DNA of 64,000 nt from contig CBDCRW010000007.1 of the NCBI GenBank assembly GCA_965221125.1, positions 768,001 to 832,000 of the forward strand. Reading direction: 5' to 3'. The number at the start of each line of letters is the position of its first letter. The stretch's first letter is position 1. Below are positions 20,521 through 28,893 of the stretch, one piece after another. The notes below the pieces were generated by a model. That model saw nothing but the letters and a program-made list of their open reading frames with translations. It ran no database searches and was not told the DNA's origin. This DNA is from Alphaproteobacteria bacterium (GTDB lineage: Bacteria; Pseudomonadota; Alphaproteobacteria; UBA828). The translations under genes and the position numbers were made by a program.

Positions 20521-21572
20521 TGAGCCGCCTCCCGCACTCTCTCGCCGCCGCCCTCGCCGTCACGCATTCCGGGCACGAAGCGCTCCGCAAGCTGGCGCGC
20601 GGTGGGCAACAGCCCGGCCGGCACCAACAGCACGAACACCATAATGATCCCGCCGAAGATGAGGTAGGTGTTGGTGATCTGCTGCTGGCCGATCTCGAAC
20701 TTTAGCATCAGGAGCCCGATGCAGCCGATCATCGGCCCGACCAGGGTGCCGAGCCCGCCGATCAGCGTCCACATGATGATCTCTGCCGCGAAGTTGAGCG
20801 CGAACACGTCCGGGTTGACGAAGGAGTTGAAGTTGACGCCGAGGCAGCCTGCAAGCCCCGCCATGCCGCCGCCGATGGTGAAGGTTTGCAGCTTATGCAG
20901 GCGAACGTCGTAGCCGAGCAGCTCGGCGCGCAGCTCGTTCTCCCGAATCGCGACCGCGACCCGTCCGAAATGCGAGCGATTGAGGAGCTTGAGGCCGAAA
21001 TAGCACAGAATCAGGCACCCCATCGCGAGATGGAATATGTCGTCCGGGAAGAGCGGCGCGTTGCCGTCCCCCGGCCAGTTGATGGGCTGGATCGAGGAGA
21101 TGCCGTTGAAGCCCATCAGCCGCTGCGCGCCGATGGCGTATTCCTCGCCCGCCGTGGAGCGCATGAAGTTGTAGAGGATAAGCGTGACCGCGAGCGTCAC
21201 CACCGCGAGATAGACGTCGCTGAGGCGGCCGTAGAACATGAAATAGCCGAGCAGGGCGGCAAAAGCGGCCGGCACGACGATCGCCAGGAAGAAGGGCCCC
21301 GTGCTCTCGCCGAAATTGCCCACGGCGATCGCGTAGCTGTAGGCGCCCAGGCCATAGAACGCGGATTGCCCGAAGCAGAGGATGCCGCCATAGCCCCAGA
21401 TGAAGCCCATGGAAAGCGCCAGGATCGACATGGCGACAAAGAGCGTCACCTTGAAGAGCGTGAAGAGATCGAAGATGTGGGGGCCGGCGAACAGCAGCAC
21501 CAGCATGACTGCGCCCACCAGGGTAGTGCCCCAGGTCTCCCAGCTCCTCAGGTTGAAACCCAAGACCGTCAC
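20517..21572 (-). CDS. Branched-chain amino acid/urea ABC permease (UrtC/LivM type)
   Basis: WGYGGILCFGQ, AIRENE, GGLGTL; GTG start overlapping the upstream stop. Confidence 0.9.
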
Positions 21573-22438
21573 AGCGAGCGCCTGAAGATCTTGCCGGTGA
21601 TGCCCTGGGGCAGCAGCCTGAGCATGACCACGGCGACGATGAGCAGGCCGACCCCGCCGAGCACCGGCGTGAACTCGTAGCTGAGAAGCTGGCGCACGGT
21701 GCCGAAGACGCCGGAGGCGACCAGCGTGCCGGTCACGGCGCCGGTGCCGCCGGTGATGACGGTGATGAAGGTCTGCGCGACGTAGGCCGCGCCGGCGGTC
21801 GGGATGACCTGCGAGATCGGCGCCAGCAGGCCGCCCGCCAGCCCCGTCAGTCCCGCGCCGATCGCGAACGTCACCATGTAGACACGCTGCGTGCTGATGC
21901 CGAGCACTGAGGCCTGGGCCGGGTTCTGCATGGTGCCCCGCGCGATGAGGCCGAGCTTGGTGCGCGTCAGCACCAGGAAGACCCCGATGAACAGCAAGAT
22001 CACGATGCCGATGAGCACCATGCGATACTGGGCGACGTTGTAGACGCCGACCTCGAAGCTCCCCATCGGCGCGGACACGCCTTCGATGATGTTGCCGAAG
22101 ATCGCGGTGACGATGCCGATGAGCAACAGGCTGAGCCCCCACGTGGCGATCAGCGTGTCGATCATGCGGCCGTAGAAGAAGCGGATGAAGGCGCGTTCCA
22201 CGACGATGCCGATGATTCCGACGACGATCGGGGAGATAATCAGCATCGAAATCCAGATGTTGATGCCGAGCGTCTTGGTGCACACCACGGTGGTGTAGGC
22301 GCCCAGCATCATGAACTCGCCGTGGGCGAAATTGATCACCCGCATCATGCCGAAGATGATCGCCAGCCCGGCGCAGGCGAGCGCCAGGCTGGCAATCCCG
22401 TTCAGCACTTCGATGATCAGGAGCGCAGCGGTATCCAC
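21569..22438 (-). CDS. Branched-chain amino acid/urea ABC permease (UrtB/LivH type)
   Basis: GLAIIFGMMRVINFAHGEF. Confidence 0.92.
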   Translation of the reverse strand: MDTAALLIIEVLNGIASLALACAGLAIIFGMMRVINFAHGEFMMLGAYTTVVCTKTLGINIWISMLIISPIVVGIIGIVVERAFIRFFYGRMIDTLIATWGLSLLLIGIVTAIFGNIIEGVSAPMGSFEVGVYNVAQYRMVLIGIVILLFIGVFLVLTRTKLGLIARGTMQNPAQASVLGISTQRVYMVTFAIGAGLTGLAGGLLAPISQVIPTAGAAYVAQTFITVITGGTGAVTGTLVASGVFGTVRQLLSYEFTPVLGGVGLLIVAVVMLRLLPQGITGKIFRRSL

Positions 22439-22495
22439 GGCGCGCCCGTCGTCAAGCGTGCTATCGCACTCGTTACGCTGCGACCGTCAGAACGC

Positions 22496-23743
22496 CTAGA
22501 TGATCGGCTCCAGATGAGCGTTCATGTCGGGATCCTTGGTCAGGTCGCAGCGGTCGATCACGTCGCTCGGATAGAGCTGCGAGTAGCTCTCGAAGATGTT
22601 CCAGGTCTGGTTCTGGCACTCGGCCATGTGCATGTCCTGGATGACGTGATTGGTGACCGGGTCGACCACCATGTGCCCGGCCGGGCCGTCCCAGGCGATA
22701 TCGCCGCTGCGCAGCGCTTCGATCACCGCCTCGCGCTCGTGGCTGCCGGCGGCCTTGACGCCGAGCGACCAGAGCATGGTACCGAGGTAGCCGCCGATGC
22801 CCACCGAGTTGAGGTACTGGGCGTCGTCGCCGAAGCGTTCCTGATAGCGCTTGACGAACTCGACGTTGGCCGGCAGCTGCAGCTCCTGGAAGTAGGGCTG
22901 GGCGCTGACGATTCCGTTGCCTTCCTCCGCGCTGAGCTGGACGTGCTCGTTGCCGACGCCGAAGGTCACCGAGACGATCGGGATCTCGTTGAGCATGCCC
23001 GCCGCGTACCACTGACGGTAGAAGCCGGTGTGCGCCGCGCCCACGAGACAGGTGGAGAGCCAGTCGGGCTTCGCTTCCTGAATCTTGGCGATGGCCGGGC
23101 CGAACTCCGCCACGTCGAGGGGGAAGAAGTCCTTGGTGATGACTTCCGAGCCTTGTTCCTTGGCGAAGACCTCGGTCCACTTGCCGATGATCTGGGGCGC
23201 GTTGTAGTCGGCGCCGATGTAGTAGCAGCGCTTGCCGTGGGTCTTGAAGCCGTAGTCGGCCATGGGCTTCACCCACTGCACGGCGGTGACGCCGCTGACG
23301 AAGTTGTTGATGTCGCAGACGCCGCCCTCGTAGATCACGCTGTACCACAGCAGCGTCTGGAAGCGCCGGAGAATCGGCCGAATGACCTCGCGCGACGCGC
23401 TGGTGATGGCGCCGTGCACCAGGTCGACACGCTCCTTGAGCGCAGCTTCCTGGGCGTACTGCGCGTAGAGCTCCATGTTGGACTGCGGGTCGTACTTGAT
23501 CAGCCGTATCTTCTTGCCGAGCAGGCCGCCGGCCGCGTTGATCTCCTCGACCGCGAGCTCGCAGGTCTGGGTCATCGGCGTGCCGTAGATATCGAGGCCG
23601 CCGGACTGGTCGAAGATGCTGGCGATGACGATCTCGTCGTCGTCGGCATAGGCCTTGGGCGATGCCGCGAGGCCTGCCGCCACCAGCGTTGCGGCGGTGC
23701 CCGCCGTGCCCTTGAGAAAACCTCTGCGAGTGCTGTCGAACAT
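22496..23743 (-). CDS. ABC substrate-binding protein, UrtA/AmiC-type, Tat signal
   Basis: STRRGFLK twin-arginine signal; INAAGGLLGKK, ITSASRE, YEGG. Confidence 0.92.
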   Translation of the reverse strand: MFDSTRRGFLKGTAGTAATLVAAGLAASPKAYADDDEIVIASIFDQSGGLDIYGTPMTQTCELAVEEINAAGGLLGKKIRLIKYDPQSNMELYAQYAQEAALKERVDLVHGAITSASREVIRPILRRFQTLLWYSVIYEGGVCDINNFVSGVTAVQWVKPMADYGFKTHGKRCYYIGADYNAPQIIGKWTEVFAKEQGSEVITKDFFPLDVAEFGPAIAKIQEAKPDWLSTCLVGAAHTGFYRQWYAAGMLNEIPIVSVTFGVGNEHVQLSAEEGNGIVSAQPYFQELQLPANVEFVKRYQERFGDDAQYLNSVGIGGYLGTMLWSLGVKAAGSHEREAVIEALRSGDIAWDGPAGHMVVDPVTNHVIQDMHMAECQNQTWNIFESYSQLYPSDVIDRCDLTKDPDMNAHLEPII

Positions 23744-23843
23744 GGGTTCAAGCCCCTCCCTGGGTTGATCGAATGCGCGCCGCCGCGCCCGGCTGAAGGT
23801 TAGGCGCACGGCGCCGCATGCGCAACGGGTCGGCGCCCGCGTT

Positions 23844-25016
23844 TCAGCCGGCGAAGCCGAGGATGCGCTCGACGAAGGAACGGAGGATCAGCGCCGCATC
23901 CACCATCTCCGTGATCGGCACGAACTCGTTGGCGGCGTGGCTCACGGCGCCGTCTCCGGGGCCGAAATTGACGATCTCGATGCCGTCCCGCGCGAAGAAG
24001 CGGCCGTCGCTCGCGGCGAGCGCGTTGAGCACCGCCGGCGGTCTGCCGAGGCGCTCCTCGATGGCCGCAGCCAACGCCGAGACGTGGGGGCCGTCGAGAG
24101 GCGCGGAAAAACCGTCGGTGCCGACCAGCCGGCGCACGCTGCAGGACCCCGCAGGCTCGCCGGCGCCTGCCAGCACGGCCTCCATCTCGGCCACCGCCGC
24201 GCCGACGGGCTCATCGGGCAGCAGGCGTCGGTCGATACAGGCGGTGCAGCGGTCCGGCACCACGTTGGGGTTCTCGCCGCCGTGAAGGGTGCCGATGTTC
24301 ATGGTCGAGATTTTTTGGCCGCTCCGCCGTGCGGCGAGTCTCGGCTCGAGCTCGCTCTGTAGCCTCTCCAGCAGTCGCATCATGCGGAGAATGGCGTTGT
24401 CGCCCGCCGGCGGATCGCCGCCGTGGGCGGCGCGGCCGGTGGTCTCGATCTCCAGCCAAAGGATGCCGCGCTCCTCGACGATGAGATGGTTCTCGGTGGG
24501 CGCGCCGAGCACCAGGGCATCGGGCTCGATCAGCCCTTCCTCGCGGAGGTAGGCGGTGCCCTCCGAACCCAGGCGCTCCTCGTCGCCCGCGAGCACGAAG
24601 ACCACGCTTCCCAGCCTGGGCCCTCCGCGCCGCGCAATCTCGCTGGCGAGCCAGAGGTGCACCGCAGCCGAGCCCTTGCAGTTGTTGGCGCCGAGCCCGT
24701 AGATGCGGCCCTTCTCCATGGTCGCGGCGAAGGGGTCGGTGCGCCAGGCTGCGCGGTCGCCGGTGCCGACCGTGTCGATATGGGAATTGAACACGATGCA
24801 GGGCGAGCCCTCGCCTAGCCGGGCGACGAGGTTGGCGATCGGCGGGGTCCGCATCGGCATGGAGACCGCGTAGCCAGTGGCTCTGAAGTGTTGGCCTGCG
24901 GCCTCGCAGATCGTCCTGGTGTCTCCCGGCGGCGTGGTGGACGGGATCGCGATCAGTTCGGCAAGGAGCGCGTGCAGCGATTCGGCGATGGACTGTTCGC
25001 TGTCCGTCACGGTCAC
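23844..25016 (-). CDS. M20 family metallopeptidase (ArgE/DapE-like)
   Basis: NSHIDTV, DEE, GRAAHGG, NVVPD, SHAANE; GTG start at 25016 or 25010. Confidence 0.9.
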   Translation of the reverse strand: MTVTDSEQSIAESLHALLAELIAIPSTTPPGDTRTICEAAGQHFRATGYAVSMPMRTPPIANLVARLGEGSPCIVFNSHIDTVGTGDRAAWRTDPFAATMEKGRIYGLGANNCKGSAAVHLWLASEIARRGGPRLGSVVFVLAGDEERLGSEGTAYLREEGLIEPDALVLGAPTENHLIVEERGILWLEIETTGRAAHGGDPPAGDNAILRMMRLLERLQSELEPRLAARRSGQKISTMNIGTLHGGENPNVVPDRCTACIDRRLLPDEPVGAAVAEMEAVLAGAGEPAGSCSVRRLVGTDGFSAPLDGPHVSALAAAIEERLGRPPAVLNALAASDGRFFARDGIEIVNFGPGDGAVSHAANEFVPITEMVDAALILRSFVERILGFAG

Positions 25017-25906
25017 GCGTCTTTGTCGGTTCGGATGATCGACGTGGCGCTGAGCGAGCGCGGATCGCGGGTCTGCCAGCGGCCGTTCTCGACCTGGGCG
25101 AAGAAGTCCGCACAGGCCTGATTGAAGGCGTCCGGCTCCTCCAGGTTGATCGTGTGGCCCGACTTGGGGATCACCAGCAGACCAGATGTGGGGATCGTGC
25201 GCTTGAGATAGAGGTTCGCGTCGAGGCAGGGCTCGTCCTCGTCGCCGGTGATCAGCAGGGTCGGCACGCTGAGCGCAGCGAGGTCCTCCTCGAGATCGTA
25301 GAGCGACGGGCGGCGGGACTGCACGCCGCGCAGGGTATTGGCCGTGCCCTTGGCCGAGTGCTCCACGAGCCGGTCGCGGAACGTCGACCACCCGCGCGGG
25401 TCCTTGGTTTGAAACTGCACCCGTGTGGGGCCGAGCGCGTAGTCGGCGCCGACCGGGCCTGCGCCCTCGCGCTCCAGGCGGTCGGCCACCGCGTGCGTCT
25501 CGCGCTGGAAGCCGTCGCGTGCGTGCTTCGGTGCGCCGTAACCACAACCGGCGACCACCAGCGCCGAGGCGCGTGCCGGATGCGTAAGGCCGATGTGGAT
25601 GGTCGCAAAGCCGCCCATACTCAAGCCCACGATGTGAGCACGCTCGATGGACAAGTGATCGAGCACCGCGATGGCGTCCGCCACCGCGTGGGCCTGGCTG
25701 TAGCTGTCGGCGTCTTCCGGCACGTCCGACGGTGGATAGCCGCGGGCATTGTAGGCGATGCAGCGGTAGCGCCGCGCAAAATGGCTAAGCTGGGGCTCCC
25801 AGCTCAGGTGGTCGCCCGCGAACTCATGAATGAAGAGCACCGGATGGCCTGACCCGACCTCCTCGTAGTAGAGCTTCGTCCCGTCCGGCGATGGCGCGTA
25901 GGGCAT
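25013..25906 (-). CDS. Alpha/beta fold hydrolase
   Basis: HEFAGD, ARGYPPSDVP, GLSMGG, SGHTINLEEP. Confidence 0.92.
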   Translation of the reverse strand: MPYAPSPDGTKLYYEEVGSGHPVLFIHEFAGDHLSWEPQLSHFARRYRCIAYNARGYPPSDVPEDADSYSQAHAVADAIAVLDHLSIERAHIVGLSMGGFATIHIGLTHPARASALVVAGCGYGAPKHARDGFQRETHAVADRLEREGAGPVGADYALGPTRVQFQTKDPRGWSTFRDRLVEHSAKGTANTLRGVQSRRPSLYDLEEDLAALSVPTLLITGDEDEPCLDANLYLKRTIPTSGLLVIPKSGHTINLEEPDAFNQACADFFAQVENGRWQTRDPRSLSATSIIRTDKDA

Positions 25907-25941
25907 GGCTGCCATTCCTCCCGCGCGCACCATAGATAGCG

Positions 25942-25978
25942 GCGTGCCGGCACGCGAGTCCCCGATTCATGGTATAAT
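25942..25978 (+). promoter_or_regulatory. Extended -10 promoter with upstream palindrome for the glutamate-synthase-like operon
   Basis: TGGTATAAT at 25970-25978 (TGn-TATAAT); perfect palindrome GCGTGCCGGCACGC at 25942-25955. Confidence 0.6.
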
Positions 25979-26014
25979 CGGTTGTTTTCGGAGTGACTAA
26001 GCGGGACGGCGCGC

Positions 26015-26950
26015 ATGTGCGGAATAGCGGGCGTGATGTTCAAGCACGGTGAAACGGGTCTGTCGGCGGGCCGGGCGCTGATCGACATGCTGGACGGGTG
26101 CCAGCACCGGGGCCCGGATTCGACCGGCTTTGCGCTCTACGAAGATACCGATCCGGGTCAGCTTCGGTTGCGCTTCCTGGTCGAGGAGGAGGAAGGCGCC
26201 GGCGGCGTCGGCCACAACAGCGCCGAGAGCGCGATTGTGGACATCCGCAAGACACTCGAGGAGCACGGCGCGGGAATCGTCGACAGCGAGCGGGTCGGCA
26301 ACAGCTACCGGGTGGTGGTCCGCTTCTCGGGCGACGTGCAGAAGCTCACCTACGACATGGAGCACGCGGCGACACTGATCTCGATCGGCGAGAGCCTGGA
26401 CATCCGCAAGGACGTGGGCGGCGCTCACGACGTGGACGAGGTCTTCCACGTGGGCGAGGTTGCGGGCACTCACGGGCTCGGTCATGTCCGCCTGGCGACC
26501 GAGTCCGAGGTGAAGCCCGAGGCGGCGCATCCTTTCTGGGCGACCGGCTTTACCGACATCGCGATCGTGCATAACGGCCAGATCACCAACTACTGGAAGA
26601 TGCGCCGCCGCCTCGAGCGCCGCGGCTTCGCGTTCCACACGGACAACGATAGCGAACTGATCGCAGTCTATCTGGCGGACAAGCTCGCCAACGAGGTACC
26701 CCTGGAGGACGCGCTGAAGACCTCGATCGACGACCTCGACGGCACGTTCTCGTTCCTGGTCTCGACCAAGGATGAGATCGGCTACGCCAAGGATCACCTC
26801 GCGGCCAAGCCGATGATCATGTACGAGAACGACGACCTGATCGCGATCGCCTCGGAGGAGGTCTCGTTGAACCGTCTCTTCCCGGGCCGCGCGCTCGACA
26901 CGCGGGAACCGCCGCCGGGGAGCTATGGCACATGGTCCAGATTGACCTAG
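26015..26950 (+). CDS. Class II (Ntn) glutamine amidotransferase, GlxB/MgsA-like
   Basis: N-terminal MCGIAG, QHRGPDS, GHVRLATES, AHPF, HNGQ, DSE. Confidence 0.9.
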   Translation: MCGIAGVMFKHGETGLSAGRALIDMLDGCQHRGPDSTGFALYEDTDPGQLRLRFLVEEEEGAGGVGHNSAESAIVDIRKTLEEHGAGIVDSERVGNSYRVVVRFSGDVQKLTYDMEHAATLISIGESLDIRKDVGGAHDVDEVFHVGEVAGTHGLGHVRLATESEVKPEAAHPFWATGFTDIAIVHNGQITNYWKMRRRLERRGFAFHTDNDSELIAVYLADKLANEVPLEDALKTSIDDLDGTFSFLVSTKDEIGYAKDHLAAKPMIMYENDDLIAIASEEVSLNRLFPGRALDTREPPPGSYGTWSRLT

Positions 26951-28890
26951 GACAGGTTTCGGTCCGCGCCGCCAACGAGCAAATCCGGGATTGGGGAGAG
27001 AAGGGCGAGGACGTCGAGGTCCTCAACCCCGACGCGCGTCATCATATCGGCGTCGGCCTGATTCATCCCGTGCGCGTGCACATCCGGGGGTCTGCGGGCT
27101 ACTTCTGCGCCGGCCTTGCCGACCAGGCGCGCTTCGAGATCGACAACAACGTGGGCTGGGGCCTCGGCGACAACATGTATGCCGGCACGGTGACGGTGCG
27201 CGGCAACGCGGGTGCGATCGCGGGCGTCGCAATCCGGGGCGCGGAGATCGTGGTGCACGGCAACGTGGGCTCACGCGCGGGCCAGGTCATGAAGGCGGGC
27301 ACGCTCTGCTGCGTCGGCAACGCCAACTTCATGGCGGGCTACATGATGTACGGCGGGCGGATCATCATCCTGGGCGAGTCCGGCGAGCGCGTGGGCGAGG
27401 ACATGGCGGCCGGCAACATCTACGTCGGCGGCGCGGTGCGCTCGCTCGGCTCCGACGCCGAGCTCACCGACATGGACGAGGCGGAGGCCGACGATATCCG
27501 CGCGTTCCTGGATCGTCACGAGATCGCCTACAAGGGCGGCTTCCAGAAAATCGTGAACGCGGGCAAGCGGCTGCGCTACGCGACCAGCGAGCAGCAGGTC
27601 CGCAGCATCCCCTTCTTCACCTTCTCCGGCACGTCGGACTACTGGAACCCGAAGGTGCAGGAGGACGTCTATATCAAGTCGCAGATCGGCCGGTACCGGG
27701 TGCGGGGCTATGGCGGCGCGCGCACGCTGCCGCACCTCTCGGACCTCGCTTTCAAGCGCGATCTCTCGAGCGCCGGCACGGCAGGCGATCCGGTGGCGGC
27801 CGTCGAGATGCGGACGGAGATCGGCGGGTTGAACGGGGCGAAGCCGCTCAAGCTCTCCATGCCGGTGATGATCGCGCCGATGAGCTACGGCGCGCTCTCG
27901 CGCTCCACCAAGCAGGCGGTGGGGATGGCGTCCAGCATGGCGGGGATCGCCGAGAACACCGGCGAGGGCGGCATGAGCGACGCCCAGCGGGGCGCGGCGG
28001 AGCAGCTGGTCTTCCAGTGCCTGGGCGGCCGGCTCGGCTGGAACATCCACGACATGAACCGGGCCGACGGGTTGGAGATCTACATCAGCCAGGGCGCGAA
28101 GCCGGGCTTCGGCGGCCAGCTCATGGCCAAGAAGGTCACCAAGGAGCTCGCGACCATCCGGGGCATTCCGGAGGGCATCGACCTGCGCTCCCCCTCGCGC
28201 CACCCGGACATCCTGGGCGCCGACGATCTGGTCATCAAGGTGGAGGAGTTCCGCGAGGCGACGGGCTACCGCATCCCGGTGAGCGTGAAGCTCGGCGCGG
28301 GCCGAGTAAGGGACGACATCAAGATCGCCTACAAGGACGGCTTCGACTTCGTCGAGCTGGACGGGATGCAGGGCTCCACCGGCGCAGGCGGCGCGGAGGT
28401 GATGGAGCACGTGGGCGTGCCCACCCTTGCCGCCATCACCCAGGCCATCGAGGCGCTGGAAGAGGTGGAAGGCCTCGGCAAGATGCAGCTCGTGCTGATG
28501 GGCGGCATCCGGGACGGGATCGACGCGGTGAAGGGCCTCTGCCTCGGCGCCGATGCGGTGGCGATGGGGACGGCGGTCATCATCGCCGGCGGCTGCATCG
28601 CCTGCATGCAGTGCCACGTGGGCCAGTGCGTGACCGGGATCGCGACGCAGGACCCCACGCACGAGCGCCGCTACAACCCGGTGGCGGAGGCCCGCAACAT
28701 CCACCGCTACCTGGAGGGCGTGCGCTGGCAGATGGCGGCGCTGACCCAGGCGATGGGCTACGGCAGCACCACCGATCTTAGCCGGGACGACCTGGTGGCC
28801 GTGACCCGCGACGCGGCGGAGATGACGGGTCTTCCCTACGCGCCGGAGTACCGCGAGCGCGAGCAGGCGCTCCGCCGCAGGATGGGCTGA
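26932..28890 (+). CDS. Fused GXGXG (GlxC/MgsB-like) + FMN-binding glutamate synthase domain (GlxD/MgsC-like) protein with Fe-S cysteines
   Basis: First ~225 aa GXGXG repeats; then MSYGALS, NTGEGG, QGAKPG, SPSRHPD, CIACMQCHVGQC-x-GIATQDP. Confidence 0.9.
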   Translation: MVQIDLGQVSVRAANEQIRDWGEKGEDVEVLNPDARHHIGVGLIHPVRVHIRGSAGYFCAGLADQARFEIDNNVGWGLGDNMYAGTVTVRGNAGAIAGVAIRGAEIVVHGNVGSRAGQVMKAGTLCCVGNANFMAGYMMYGGRIIILGESGERVGEDMAAGNIYVGGAVRSLGSDAELTDMDEAEADDIRAFLDRHEIAYKGGFQKIVNAGKRLRYATSEQQVRSIPFFTFSGTSDYWNPKVQEDVYIKSQIGRYRVRGYGGARTLPHLSDLAFKRDLSSAGTAGDPVAAVEMRTEIGGLNGAKPLKLSMPVMIAPMSYGALSRSTKQAVGMASSMAGIAENTGEGGMSDAQRGAAEQLVFQCLGGRLGWNIHDMNRADGLEIYISQGAKPGFGGQLMAKKVTKELATIRGIPEGIDLRSPSRHPDILGADDLVIKVEEFREATGYRIPVSVKLGAGRVRDDIKIAYKDGFDFVELDGMQGSTGAGGAEVMEHVGVPTLAAITQAIEALEEVEGLGKMQLVLMGGIRDGIDAVKGLCLGADAVAMGTAVIIAGGCIACMQCHVGQCVTGIATQDPTHERRYNPVAEARNIHRYLEGVRWQMAALTQAMGYGSTTDLSRDDLVAVTRDAAEMTGLPYAPEYREREQALRRRMG

Positions 28891-28893
28891 GCC

